Source: Octopus sinensis (lineage: Eukaryota). From it: a stretch of 64,000 nt of DNA. The translations under genes were made by a program, and so were the position numbers. The stretch is taken from contig NC_043000.1 in assembly GCF_006345805.1 (NCBI RefSeq), positions 68,572,001 through 68,636,000 of the forward strand, in the 5' to 3' direction. Below are positions 40,111 through 54,879 of the stretch, piece by piece. Numbering within the stretch: position 1 is the stretch's first letter; each line of letters opens with the position of its first letter. The notes under the pieces were generated by a model that was given only the letters and a program-made list of their open reading frames with translations, was not told where the DNA came from and searched no databases.

Positions 40111-40759
40111 TAAACACGCACGCACGAGGCAACAAGGGACCCTCTATGTGGTCACTCAACCCGCTAGATATAGCTATCAAGTCTCCCTCAAACTCTAATA
40201 TAATATCTTTAAAGATACATACTGGGTTAGGAAGTCCAGAGTGGGCTATTGTTGAAAATAGAATAGAATGGATTACAGCGTGGAAGACACATGTTAGCCA
40301 TTTAAAAGTTTGATGCCATATAACAAATAATAAATGTTTAAGTAAAGTCTTCTGTGTGTTTCTGAAAAGCTAGTACATGACTTCTTCTGTACAATCAATT
40401 AAGTTTCAACACATGGTCTCAGATCAAATCACTTGCCTGCTTAGTACGCCTCTAAGATGGAATGATTACAGCAAGAATATTTTTGATCATTGGTCAGATC
40501 AGTCAGGTTTGACATGGGACTAAACAACAATAAATAAAAACCGTGACAATAACTCCGCTAGCAACACAGTATTAGCAGCAGCAGCATCACTATAAACAGC
40601 ATAAGTAACAACAATAGCAATGTCAAAATTAGTCACTTTCAAAATAAGCACGAAAAGGAGAACATCAATATTTATCAGCCAATGGGAACCGATTAAATAT
40701 TTTAGCTTTCTTTGTGAATCTGGATCCTCTCGGAATGAACGCCAGCTGCGACTAAACAC

Positions 40760-41900
40760 CCTTGGTACAGTGAAGAATTATAGGGAAGTTATAAACTCTA
40801 GTTTTCCTCTTGAAATAACTCATCGGATCAGGCTGGTGCTGATTACACTTGGTCATTTTCAAGTACTTGAAGTCACTGGTCTCCTTGAGTTGTCTGGTAT
40901 CGTTGAAACAAATTGGCAGGCGGCTTCCATCTTCACTAATTGCCAAGTACCCAGTCTTCTTTGCATTGAGAAACAGGCTAAACTTGTCTACAGCATTCTC
41001 AAAGATGCTGTACACCTATGATGTACGTGGGGATTGCGTGGGAGTAGCTGATATAAATCAGAGTGTAAAGTGTCTAAATTTACTCGTGCATTTCCAACAC
41101 TCTGACAAATATTGAATTGATATCCCGAATGATCCAATGTCAACTTGGAAAAATCGTTTCAGATCATCCAGGTTAATATATAATGATAGCTTTGAGTGTG
41201 GGCGATTTCAGATAACAAGACAAAGACAGAACGTAGATTCGTAATATTCACTATCAAATTCTTAGAACATTTAAGCAGGTGTCCTGTACTGGAAGTTAAT
41301 GTATATTTTTCGTTATGGAAAATGAATAATGATCGAGTTACACTGTTAATTGGAAGAAAACGGTGACTATCATGAACAACAAATGCCGGTTGGATTGCAA
41401 AAGAAAGTTCAAATAGAATCCATTAGTTTTATTTAAAATATAGTGATATATGTAGAAGATAGACTATTCTGGGAAAGACATAGCAGTCAATGTTCACAAC
41501 GAGAATGAGTCTTGATCATTTCTTCTGCAGAATTAAAGATTTTAATGAAGATACGAACTAAGGTGTCGACGCTTGTCCTTTGCAGTGTGATTTTGAAGAT
41601 TGCTTGAAAGATGTGAAGAAAAAATCTAGGAAGGTTGTTTCAGTTACTTAGCTGCCAGCAGTGGATTCAAAAGCTAAGTACGATTGTTAATGTAAGTAGT
41701 CAGTGTAGAATTGTGATAGCTTTAAATGGATAGTTGACTTGAAATCCTGAGACGTTAAGAGTCAAAGACTGTTGGGAAGTCGATATGAAATTACATTCCT
41801 TGAATAAACGATCTAATATAGAGAGAAGCTCTGATGATAAGGTAATGGTTAAGCCTGTACCACAGAAAAGAGGTGTAACGATGCACATGTCACTCGAACA
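40760..41900 (-). mobile_element. Highly decayed LINE reverse transcriptase relic (RTE-like)
   Basis: FENAVDKFSLFLNAKKTGYL...LKETSDFKYL resembles RT domains 6-7; weaker upstream motifs (RTSVDTLVRI). Confidence 0.5.
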
Positions 41901-43229
41901 GTGACACAGGAAGGCTGCAAGTGCTCAGGCTGGTGACGTAATCGATATGGTGCTAGATATGTCAGGACCCAAGGAGACTTTGGTGAATCTTTGCTTCTAT
42001 TGCCAAAATAAAAATAAATGTTTTAGAGGTAGATTTGGCAGTTAATCAGAGGGAAATCTACCCAAACCACCATAGATCTTATGACATGAATTAATCAATT
42101 CCATTTAAGAAAATTATTTCAAATCTTGTTCTAAAAGAATGTTCATTGGTTTTTAACGTATGTTTTCTCGTATCTTATTTACCAATTATATACCTCTAAT
42201 GACTTAGATAGAGTATGTATTGATGAATAAATAATACGACAGGGAAAGTAAGAGTAGGTCTGAATGTACCAAAGTTGGATTGTGATCTCAACCTAATTGA
42301 CTTTCATCGATCAATTGTTAGACTCACATTTGTTTCAGGGGTTTATTACCCTTAAAGTGTTTTCAAATAGAACGAGAAATGTATTTTATACACGGTAAAT
42401 TGATTCATCGTTTGGGCAAAGTGATTGCATATATAGATCTAGTCAAGCAATATTTTTCCCATCAGATGTAATCAAAATATTCCCACCCTTTATGAATCGT
42501 CAATGACTCAGTAAAATATTTATAATTCAATGATTCTTTTCCCTCCTTTCTTCCTTTGTAATATTTCAGCACGCACACACACACACACGTACACACCCAC
42601 ACACACACATTTACGTATGTGTGAATGTGGGTGACTGTGTATGTGTGTATAAGTACATTATGTACAGAGTGTATATAACTATAGATATGTGTAATATAAT
42701 AACAATTCTATAATACAATTAATGACATAAACTATCACACGCGCGCAAACATACAAAAAAGCAGACACACACAAGTACGCATTTATATATGTGAATAGCT
42801 ACAGGAACGAATTGATGCATGCAACACAAAAGTTGAAAGATTAAAAGTGGAGCAACCAGTAATTCCCACAAACGTGAGAGAATTGTTTAACATTTTCTTT
42901 GCTTCAATTTTATGACAGAAATGTTGTCATTTTGGGTTTTTGTGTATTATTTTCTTTAAAGAGATTATAATTGTAGTTTAACGCTCAAATTTTGTATCGT
43001 GCTGTATGAATAGAATCTTGAGAAAAAATATGTGCTTATTTAGTCACCTGTTAAGTTGAATGTAGTATATAGCAACATTGACAATTTTGGCTAACTCCAT
43101 AAAATGTACAATAACGTCAAATTTTATGTCGTGTAGAAGAATAGAAGTTTAATATTCTGGGAGCACGCTTTCTTCGGAGAGAAATTAAATATTTTCTGGA
43201 GATTTTGAGAGAAATATATTGGTTTCAAA

Positions 43230-43440
43230 TTTTGGTACAAGGCCAACAATTTCAGGAGAGAGGTTAAGTCAATGACATTGACTCTAGTGTTCGACTAGTA
43301 CGAAAGGATGAAAGGCAAAAATCAACCTCGGCGTAATTTGAATTCAGAACGTAAAGACGGACGAAATATCGCTAAGCATTTTACCCGGCATTTTAACCCG
43401 GTATGCCGCTAAGCATTTCACCTGGCAGCTCACCACCTTG
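43230..43440 (-). mobile_element. SINE family A
   Basis: aaaggatgaaaggcaaaaatcaacctcggcg...aatttgaattcagaacg. Confidence 0.8.
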
Positions 43441-44589
43441 CTGTTAAGATAAATTTACTGTGATTCGTGTTAACAAGATAAAATTATTACAAAAGTAACA
43501 AAAAAAAAAATATAGTATCAGGTTAGAACCAGTTCTATCACTGACTAATAGAACCTGCAATGGTCACCATGCAATCTAATACTACCTATTTCTGGTCGAG
43601 TAGTCGGTAACTAAATCGGCACTTTGCTGGGTTTGCCCTGAGAGGAGGGTATGTAGGCATCCAGCTGCAAATAATAAAGAATACCTTTCAAAAACGGATG
43701 AGCTCCTTGAAATCCAGTCTTAACCTGTTGAGGACATGGGTACTGCAGGATTACCAGGCCCAGTGAAACATTTGATTGGAAGTTACACCAATATTTAATT
43801 CATTACCGGACCAGTCAGGGCTTGGAAAGCCCAAACCGAAGCGGTTGTGGTGGAGAAGAATGGTAGAAAGATTTGATTCAGACACTCCAGTGGCAGAAAT
43901 GCTACGAGAACAGCTTGGAAGAATAAAGGAGGAAGAGATGTAAGAGAGGAGAGGCGATAAAAGAAGTTAAGGAAGGGAGGTAAAAACTGATATTACAGTA
44001 CGTTACTGAATCCCATCTCCTCGGAGAACTTTCATAGTTCTGTTATTGATAAAATAGTTTATTGGACATAGACTAAAGCTAACTCAGTTGACAATACGTC
44101 ATTTATAAAACACATTCACACAATCTCTTATATATCTAATTCCCCACTGTTAAATACATATACATAAACACACTCATCCATACACGTCCTCTCTGATATA
44201 CACTCAGTTTTCTTTTATTCAATAACTCTCGACCAAATCTATTATTATCACCCATGAGATAGAAAGTGTTATATTTTAAGAATGATAAAAAAGATCTCTA
44301 GTCATTGTTCCAATGAGCTCTTCTTGTTTACTGAAATCGAACTTGGGGATCAAATTCATAGATACACAAATCATTTAAAGCAAACAACATAATTTGTACG
44401 TTTTACTCTATAATGATATCTCTACTGTATGCATTCGACATCAACTGGCTTTGTTATCTCTGTGTTTATCAATAATAATAGTAGGACATTAAAGCTTGGA
44501 TGTAAAATAGCTTTACGGCTATTTTCATGCCCAACATGGTGACTCTAGACTAGTGTAGATAACCCTCTTGCTTACCTCTGAGTTGGAAA

Positions 44590-44633
44590 TCACCTACTGA
44601 CGAGGGCAGACGGAAACTGAAAGAAGCCCGTCG

Positions 44634-44719
<86 letters not shown>

Positions 44720-45079
44720 AGCTGAAGTTGTCTGTGTGTGGCAGGTTTGGTAGCCTTCAACTAACACTATCTCCTCCGAGATCCTGCGGCGCAAGTTGAC
44801 CAAAATTGAGAGTATGACAGGAGAAGGCTTGCTCTTCATTCCGTAGAAGATAAAATTCAAATCGCACCATGTTAAGACCGAAAATTATTTACATCAAAAA
44901 GGTGATTTTTTTTTTCTATGAAAATCCCTACTTTTTACGATTTTTTGACTACTGTGTCGTAATTTTTCGGTGTATTTCAACCAGAAAAATGTTCACTTAA
45001 AGAGAATAACAAGCTAAAATTCCAGTTCTAAAGGGTCGAAACAAACTCAAACAATGCCGGGCGATACTGCTAGTATATA

Positions 45080-45161
<82 letters not shown>

Positions 45162-45350
45162 CATTTGTTTCTATGTTTGTCCCTCCACCGTCGCTTGATA
45201 AGCTATGTTGGTGTGCTTACTTCCCCATAACTTAGCTGGTTGGCAAAAGACACCGATAGAATAAGTACTAGGCTTACAAAGAATAAGTCCTGGGGTCGAT
45301 TTCTTCGGTGCTCCAGCATGGCCGCAGTCAAATGACTGAAACAAGTAAAA
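44590..45350 (+). mobile_element. SINE family B (5'-truncated) interrupted in its internal microsatellite
   Basis: gacggaaactgaaagaagcccgtcgtatat at 44608; the B 3' half resumes at ~45160. Confidence 0.85.
44712..45073 (+). mobile_element. Non-autonomous Helitron-like element (Lep1-type ends)
   Basis: Starts tattataaagctgaagttgtctgtgtg; ends gccgggcgatactgCTAG followed by t; no TSD; sits in (TA)n. Confidence 0.6.
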
Positions 45351-45515
45351 AAATATATGGTAAAAGAAAGACCAAAAACAGTAATTTAATATGTTATATA
45401 TCTATAAATTTATAAAATTTAATGTTCAATATGTTTCTCGGTACAAATGCACGCTACAGATTTTTCACTTACACTTTTCTCGTGGTACTAAAAAGGTTCC
45501 CAACTCATGCTCGCT

Positions 45516-45730
45516 GAGAGGTGCTCAAAAGTTCCTGGCTCTAAGGGTATCGTGAAAGGCCTGATTGGAAGGCCAACCTTCCGAGTTCTTTTACAGGGTT
45601 TAGAAAAACTGAAGGATCGCTGCAAACTGTGTATGAATCTAAGAGGGGAATATGTTAAATAGAATCATGATTAACTGATCCTGCTGCATTTTCTTTTACT
45701 CAAAACCAGGAACTTTTCAGTACACCCCCG
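45516..45730 (+). mobile_element. Mariner-derived MITE
   Basis: Imperfect TIRs gaggtgctcaaaagttcctggct / aaccaggaacttttcagtacacccccg|ta; retains a transposase C-terminus-like frame (GLEKLKDRCKLCMNLRGEYVK*). Confidence 0.75.
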
Positions 45731-46287
45731 TACACCAACAGAAATAAATTCTCCACTGCAAGTTAATAAAACTCTCGTCAATTTTAGAGTGTTTTGCCTG
45801 CTTAGAGCGCTAATTGTTCCTGCTCTGTAGCGTCGCAAGTGTCCTCACTGACCAGGTATAAAGATGCTATCGACGTCCCAACATTCATTAACAGGCATAA
45901 TGCGCTAAATGAAATGTTTGTCTTTTACACCTGCGCCTGAAGGCGAATACTCCTTTGGCCCCATTTGCTACATCTCTGGTGATATTTACAGCCAGGTTGA
46001 TCAAGTCATTTGAATGTATAAATAAAATTAATGGAGCCACCGACCTTTTTGCCCGAATTGTTGCTACTACTTATCCAGTAGTACATATCACCTTATAAAC
46101 CTTCCATGGAATGTTACCCGAGGATGTGGCAAAGTTATGTTTTTTTACATAATCTTATGTAATCCTGCATGTTATTGCATGCCAAATTATATGACGCTAT
46201 GAAACGCGTGTTATATCTATATTATCCATTCGTTTCAGATTTTATTACTACACACACACACACACACACACATACACACACACACAC

Positions 46288-46365
<78 letters not shown>

Positions 46366-46509
46366 TTCATTCATGAAGCCGTGCATGTATTATAGTTATT
46401 TCGTCTTCTTCAAACTATTCTATTACATCAATTGAACTAACTTTATTCTGGATATAAAAACATTACGTTGTATAGTTAACTACTGAATTCTCTATTGTGT
46501 TGTAATCCT

Positions 46510-46730
46510 TTCTACTATACGCATAAGGTCTGAAATTCGTGGAGAGAAGGTTAGTCGATGCCAGTGCTCAACTTGTATGATTTTATCAACTATAAAAGTA
46601 TGAAATGCAAAGTCGACATCGGCAGCATTTGGACTCAGAATGTAAAGTCGAAAAAAAAAAATAGAAAAAAACCCCCCCGAGAATTTTTTTGTTCGGCGAG
46701 GTAAGGATTTCGCCAGCTTCGCTACCTTTG
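46510..46730 (-). mobile_element. Degraded SINE family A
   Basis: aaatgcaaagtcgacatcggcagcatttggactcagaatg. Confidence 0.65.
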
Positions 46731-47711
46731 TTTTGCATTGTAATGAGATTCAGTAATAATCTGAAGCTACATGCGTATTATTAAAGTGTCCAGTCACAAA
46801 TTACTTAGAACTAAATCGTTGTTCATACCATTATGTCCCTAAAACAAAAGAAAAATTAAATGTCTTTGGATAGGACAACGGTCTTTCGTAGGTAATATTT
46901 CACCGAGTGTGTATTTCCGGCAATGAAAGGAATTAGGACACGGAGAATAAAATTTTCTTGCCAGAGAAAATAAAAAAAAACGAAACATCTGCAGTGGATT
47001 TAAATTCATGACTCATGAGCAGGTAGTGCAATACCTAATACGCCCAGCTAATTGGCTTTTACAACGTTGTATAATCTAAAACATAAGTATCTAGACACTA
47101 CTTTCCGACAATATAGATAAGTGTTGGTATTAAAAGACAGGAATTTAGAATATGAAATCAACCAGTGAGAGACAAAAGATACAAGAACCAATCTATTGCT
47201 TCTTGTTTTTTATTTCTTTGAAACATTACCAACAACAACATTGATATTCAAATATACATCATCAGCAAAGTAAATCGAGCGAAACTTGATATGTGGATGT
47301 CACTATCGAATGAACAAGATTAATATTCTCATAAAAAAAAAAAACTCAAACAATATGAAAATAAAGTAAAAGTATTTAGCACCTGAAACTGAAGAAGAGT
47401 GGTCGGGAGCTTTCGTTCGTTATCCATGTTTCGGAGAACAAAGTAAATAACAATATAATAAAGTATGCTATTACATACAACGCATACAACACGCATGCGC
47501 GTGTGTGATACTCGCACGTACGCACATACATATACATGCATATGCACATGCACAAAGTTTTCAAGACAATATTAAGTGACTCAAGGTTGCAGATTAGAAT
47601 TTCATTGGATAAAGCACTCGTTTACATACACACATACATACATACATAAATACATACATACATATATACATGCATACTTACACACATACATACATTCATT
47701 AGAGATCTAGT

Positions 47712-49230
47712 CGGTTTGGCTGCCAGCACCAATTTTGTTCGAATTGACTTCATATTCAGTGTAATGATACACTTTTATAGGCTAATGAATGATGTGAAAA
47801 TTTTAAAATTTTGTTAATTTTAGCTAATTGTAGGCCTCAGGCACATTCATGCTTGTTTCCGTAGTAACAAGCAGAACGTGACAAATTTTTTGTCTGCGAG
47901 AAAACACGTGTTGACAAATATATTGAAACCACTTGTTTTACCTATCTGTTGACAATTGAGCATGTGAATTTATGTAGCGCAGGAGATATTGATTGAATGT
48001 ATTTTTAACTTTCGTTTTCAATGAACTGTTCAACAAAATATATGTATTTTGTTTTCAAATATTTAATTTGTAATGTGCTATTTGGTTTTTAGATAACTCT
48101 TAAGTTCGTGCTATCGCATTAAATGCACGTAGAACGCTTAAAACTACAAAATACGTGTTGTTTACTCATTTTTTTTTTTTTTTGTTAACCCAAAAGATGG
48201 TACCCACACTCAACAAGTGGAGAGTACATGGACCTCTGTGACGCGAGGTAATAAAAAATGCTGTGGCACTCACCGCTCTATGGTAGATTCGTATCCCTGA
48301 ATTTATATGGCACAGGAGATACGAGAATTGTGATTTCTTAGAGAAATTGATTGAATGTATTTCTAACTTTGGTTTTTAATTTTAAAAATCTTTTGTAATG
48401 TGTTGCTTATTACTTGCATAAATGCTTGTTTTTTAAGCATATTTTGCTCACTCTTTTATTTTCATATATAATATAATAAACATGTACATCTTTTAGAACA
48501 TTGTCATTTTATAAGATTTTGCTGGCAAATTTTTAAATTAACATAGACATTTATTTACATGGCGGCGAGCTGGCAGAAACGTTAGCACGCCGGGCGAAAT
48601 GCGCAGCCGTATTTTGTCTGCCGTTACGTTCTGAGTTCAAATTCCGCTGAGGTCGACTTTGCCTTTCATCCTTTCGGGGTCGATTAAATAAGTACCAGTT
48701 ACGCACTGGGTCAATGTAACCGACTTAATGCCTTTATCTGTCCTTGTTTGTCCCCTCTATGTTTAGCCCCCTGTGGGCAATAAAGAAGTATAAACATTTA
48801 CTTACATGAAAGAGAATTATCGGAGAACTTTCATCTAATTCTTCCAAATCTTTCTGCTAAAATTATATTGAAACCATTCGTGGAGTAAAATTGTAATGTG
48901 TGTATCGCATGTAATGTGTTGTTCATCGCATTTGCATTAAATGCATATTGAATGCTTAAAACTACTTGTTTACTTGGTTTGGTTTTTTTTTTTTTGTCAT
49001 TGGTTGTGAGGTGTACTAAAAATAACAGCTAAATAACGCATATTGATTGCTTCAAACTACAAAACACGTGTTGTTTACAAATATTGACAACACGTGCTAT
49101 TTTCAGGATATTGACGACTAAATGTGCTATTTTCAGGATATTGACGACAAAATGTGCAGTCAGACACAAAATGACATCTTCCAAATCCTGTTTCCTGACC
49201 GGGTAAAAAATGATCAAATTTTATACCTTT
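47712..49230 (+). mobile_element. Family F repeat copy
   Basis: Left end cggtttggctgccagca; X-box-like gtttccgtagtaac at 47855-68; colinear with the 31-32.5 kb halves. Confidence 0.7.
48561..48793 (+). mobile_element. SINE family A inserted in family F, with 14-bp TSD
   Basis: acatttatttacat (48547-60) / acatttacttacat (48794-807); the paralogous site near 32010 is empty. Confidence 0.92.
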
Positions 49231-49457
49231 TTCTTCTTCGCTCCCGCGTCTGCTATTGTCGAGGCCTACAAAAAATAGAGAAGCTATTACAAAAAGTCTA
49301 AATAAGTAAAGGAGAATCGGAAAGAAATTTTACTAGTTCAGTAAAACTGGAAAGACTGGAAAAAGAACTGTTGTACGAGGGAAAAATCCTATCTCTAGCA
49401 AAGCTGGTACTTTTCCATTACCATCATCTATATATATGTGTATGTATGTATATATGC

Positions 49458-49507
<50 letters not shown>

Positions 49508-49869
49508 AATGTCATTTTAGTGCGTCCTCGTTGTCTATGATTTGGGCGAGCAGTGCTCTCTCTACAAAGCGATATTCAATCACAAGAATCATACCGGAGT
49601 TGGTCCCTGTCATGGGAAGTTAGAGCGACGTTGTTAGGATAAAACTCCTGTCACCTATGTGCAGATTTGTAACTGTTCGTTTCCTGCTCGCTAGCTCTGC
49701 ACATGTCGCCACACTTCTATCAGCGTAGAACTTTCAGTAGATGGAATGAAAAATGAGGTCACAATAAAGTGACATCAGGTAACATAAACATACATACATA
49801 CATACATACATACATACATACATCATACATACATACATACATACATACATACATACATACGCACAAATA

Positions 49870-50240
49870 CAGGCGCAGGCGTGGCTGTGTAGTAAGAAGT
49901 TTGCTTCTCCAGGGTTCAGTCCCACCGCGTGGCACTTTGGGAAAGTGTCTTCTATTATAGCCTCAGCCTGACCAAAGACTTGTGAGATTATTTGGTAGAC
50001 GGAAACTGAAAGAAGCCTGTTGTATATATACATGAGTTTGTGTGAGTGCGTATGTGTGTGTCCTACCACCTCCTGACAAGCGGTGTTGGTGTGTTTAAGT
50101 ACCCGTAACATAGCGGTTCACCAAAAGACTCCGATAGGATACTACCAGGCTTAAAAAGAAAATAAGCACTGGGGTCAATTAGTTCGACTAAAATTCCTCA
50201 AGGCAGTGCCACATGGTCGCAGTCTAATGATTAAAACAAG
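49870..50240 (+). mobile_element. SINE family B variant
   Basis: aggcgcaggcgtggctgtgtagtaag head, gacggaaactgaaagaagcc, ggggtcaattagttcgactaa tail. Confidence 0.85.
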
Positions 50241-50303
50241 TAGAAGATAAGAGATAAGAGAGATACATATTTCAATCACCTTTTGGCTAATAAAGCTGAT
50301 GTA

Positions 50304-50438
<135 letters not shown>

Positions 50439-51172
50439 TTTTCGTTTAATTATTGTGCCGCATTACAAGCCGTTTTTGCATCACCTGACTTGAAGAATGA
50501 AAATCCAAATTTTACTGAAACATTCTACAGCTTCCACTCCCCCTCTCTCCTTCTTCCTTCCTTTTTTCTTTCTCTCTTTCTTTCAACCATTCATCATTGT
50601 AATATATTTATATATTTTTTACATAGACAAAAGCATATTTTCCATGTACAAATAACCAATTCTATTTTTCCTTTGTACTCAAATTTAGACATGTTACAAA
50701 TCACTGGCTTCTTTACTTACTGAATATCCCTTTTATAAATTTCGACTTTCATTCTTCAGCATTTTAGTTTGACAGTCGTAGACATCAAACTCAGTAGAAT
50801 AATAAACAGATTGACACTTTACTTTCACTCTGGGATACTCTGTTCATTTTCCCCCTCATCTACAGTGGAAGTGTTCACTCACGCGCGCAGACGCACGCAC
50901 GGATTTGATAAGTTGAAGAATTTGGTAGTTGTTTCATGACAGCAAGATTCTTGTCTGAGGATTATATTGAGAATACTCTCATGATATGACGTTTTAAATT
51001 GTAGAGTGACGTAAGTTGAACTATAACCAACATAGAAAATGTTTGCACTCTTCAGGCATAAAGTTCGCTTCTGCATTGCTGGTATCTTCAAGGTGCATGC
51101 GGTTTCACTAGCACACTCCTAGCTCACTTTCTCTCCTTGTCACCCTCTCTCCCTGCATCTCTCCCTTTCTAC

Positions 51173-51301
<129 letters not shown>

Positions 51302-53665
51302 TACATAAATACATACAGGCATACGCATACACACAGCACACATACGTACATATATATATGGGTGTGTGTGTCTATGGTATACACACAAATGCATAACATA
51401 CAAATATGTAAATATGTGTATGTATGTCCATACATATATACATACACATTCAGATGTCATATGTGCGTATGTATGTACGTATGTATGTCGTATGTGCATA
51501 CGTATGTGCGTATGTATGTACGTATGTATGTAATCATGTGCTGTATGTATAGTTTACACTTATTGAAGAAGACACGGTAGGTTTTCTATTTGTATACAGT
51601 ACGATTTTTATTTGTTTGTCTGTTTTTTAATCTTTTTTTTTTATTTATCTGAGCATCAAACAGCAGGTTTGCCGTATTAAACTTTTCACAAGATGAAATC
51701 TAAGTCGTAGAACAATAAAAGTGGTTTAGATATAGAAATTGCATGCTACAGGCACCACACCCGATGTAACGAAATATAGCTAGCAAACCTATACCGTAAC
51801 GGAACAGTAGAGTGTAATTTTAGCCGAATTGAATGGACCGTGATGTTAAATGCCAAATGTATTAGTTAAGACGATAGATAATCTTTATTACCAAGATGGT
51901 TTTTATTTTTTATTCACATGACACGATTTCCTGTACAATAATAAAAACAATTGTTTTTAACATCGACATAAAAATATATACTTTAGAGGAAGGCCTGCTC
52001 GATTAAATCACTGGTTCCCAAAGTGGGCAGCACCGCCCCTTGGTGGCGCTGAAATGTTAGCAGGGTGTTAGGTGGACGGTGGATGGCTGAATGATGGCCA
52101 GGAGGTGGAGGTAATGGAGTAAAACTTGAGAAAAGGGTGTGGAAAGACAAGTTACGAAAGGCCAGCGAAAAAAATGAACACGTTTAAGCGTCACGTATGC
52201 CTTAATTCCCTTGATGAGATTTTCATAATGGGATTGACAAAATGCTATAGATATCCAGAATAATTTGAAAAAAATTATTCAAATAAAACATTACTACAAC
52301 GGGATTTTATCTAAATGTTCATTGAGTATAATGGCCAGTAATACCTCTGTAGTCACATGACATATGATGGGATTATTTCCCCTTTGGCGTTGTCGAACAC
52401 TGTAGACGCAGTAATACGGGTTAACACCTCGTTTTCGATTGTCCGCTGCTTGGCGTCAAAAACTTAGCTTTGATTAGTTAGCTCTTAGAGTTTGATCTGT
52501 TCACAAGTCCTCGCTGTACCGTCGGTGTTGGTTTCTCAACCAATGTGTGACGGTACACACATCTCTCCAAAATTCAATCATTAACATGGCAACTCCACTT
52601 AAATACAGCCATAATGTATAACATCGTGCAATTAGCCAGATAACCTTTTTATGGAAGAACCATAAAAATGTCAGTAAGTCTTTACATGTATTTTTGCAGG
52701 CACTTTCCTTTGTACCTTCGAAGTCATGAATAATTCGTGCACGCATACACATCACGAATGGACACTCGAAAACTCCATTTCGTTTCACTGTTTTAAGAGT
52801 CAATTCAATCTGCTGCTTTGAGCACATTGGTAATGAAATGTTAAGAATTGTTGAAATTACTACGACTCAGTCTTCTGTTATATATGCCTTCTGATTAATT
52901 TGCTCACTCACTAAACTGCTGACCACTCATTCAACTATTCCCACACTTCATTCAACAGGAAGTGTGGAAAGCATTGACCAAGGCTGTCCTTTTTCGGCTT
53001 CAGCCGTTACCGAGCTAGCGGGAGTTGGTTGCAACAGCTGCTAAGTTAGGTGCGACGGGTAGGGCGCGAGTCTTGGACTAAGTACAGATGGATAGCTGTC
53101 ACCACAAATATTAATATTAATAAAATTAAATATTAATATTAGTATTAATAATATATATACAAATATATTATTAATACATAATTCTACCGCGAAAAAAGCA
53201 AAGATACTCGCATCACGAGTACCATCAGTTGCTTTTAAACTTGCCACTAACGTTATTATCTATTAATATTTGTATATTTATGAACTATTCACTTAGTTCG
53301 TCTCTGTATGCGCCTTGGAACTTCACACGAACACACAAGGTTGGTGAGGTGAATATCTTTAAATTTAGCTGTTTTCGCAGTAAACTTAACTGAAGAGGGA
53401 AGTATTGTTTAATACAAAGCCCGAAACCGGTATTAAGTTACCTGCCATTTGCTTTGCGGCCTTCGCAAAGGTAAGAGCTTTAATTTTTATTTACCGCCCG
53501 ATTCCATCATGCTTATTTTTAAGTGGACTTTCTGTAGGTTTGGAGTTCATTTGGCTCCTGTCTCTAGCAAAGCTGGTACTTTTCCAGTACCATCATCTTT
53601 TTTAAAAAACTTGCCTGCACGGTTCACGCTATGAATTGCCACTAATATTCTATTAACAATATATA

Positions 53666-53699
<34 letters not shown>

Positions 53700-53946
53700 C
53701 ATACACATACGTTGATTTCCGTTGAACAGAAATCTTATGAATTGACAAGCGAGCTGAGTTTAACCCTAGGTGCGGGGAGAGCCACTGATGAGCATTAAAA
53801 TGCGAAATCATCGATGATCTGGCTATGTCCGAGACTCCCTTGTCAGTCATTAAGACAGTGCTATCCGTAACTATTGAGTTGCTTTGACTCTTATTTGTAG
53901 CAATGTTGGTGCTGATTAGTGTCCTTGGTCACTTTAGTGACGTTAT

Positions 53947-53978
<32 letters not shown>

Positions 53979-54006
53979 ACACACACATACATACACACAC
54001 ACATTC

Positions 54007-54061
<55 letters not shown>

Positions 54062-54879
54062 CCTAGTGTTTTCATTGGTAAAATATGCATTTTTTTAAAA
54101 GACAGTAAAAATTCTGAAAATCGGCTATAATAATAAAGTTTTCCAGTCTAATGGCTATGAAGGTATGATGTTGTGGAGAAAAAGAAATTGGAGGAAGAAG
54201 TTACAGAGGTTTAAAAACCGAAAAGTTGTGTATTTTTAGCCAATAGCCAGACAGAAATTTTCTGCGTTTGGTGGAGCGGTGTCAACTTTAACGTTGTACC
54301 CTGTGAAATTTATTGTTCAGCGTCTGTGAAATGACCTCTTCATAGTAGCTTTTTGAATAAACAGAAATATCTAATTTCATTGTAGTTTCTAAATAAACAG
54401 AAATACTTAATAAAATCAACATGTATCAACTTACTGTTTCTTTTGTCTTTTCATTGATTTATGTTTTTATTGTTTTTTTAAAATTTGTTATGTTAATATA
54501 TTTGTCTGCATGTGTTTACTTTATGCATATTTCAATATTATGTATACCTGTCATGTATTTATATACATCATTAATATATAAGTGTGTGTGTGTGTGCGTG
54601 TGAAAAGGGGGCATCTGTCTCCAAAACTTCAAAGTTGAGTAACGTTTTCATGCTTGGATTTGTAAACTACAATAAGAATAACACTGGTCAACAAAGAATT
54701 TGTCCCAAGGAAAAGAATACTTGTAACTTATATGTTTATGCATGCAGCATTCAAAAATAATGTGTCAAATTATCTGTACGAAGTTCACATATTCCATTCA
54801 CCTTCATAATGCCAAGAAACTGTATAAACATCGCAAACAACTTTTGCTTTATATGAAAAATATGTAAAATATTAAGACA

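Noticed and set aside
39781-40620. Hydrophobic ORFs (VANIVGDDFSASIEV..., AAAANTVLLAELL...)
   Set aside because: Degenerate trinucleotide repeat decay; the shared QRITIS with 6.5 kb is judged coincidental.
43560-46100. Possible LINE crumbs (43.6-44.0 kb 3' end; 45.8-46.1 kb SVAPLILFIHSNDL)
   Set aside because: Motif matches are too weak to list without an HMM search.
50866-51010. 145-nt plus-strand segment with strong acceptor and GAC|gtaagt donor
   Set aside because: Stops in all three frames; a non-coding exon cannot be told from chance without RNA data.
52501-52827. 108-aa minus-strand ORF
   Set aside because: No recognisable domain, splice context or codon bias.
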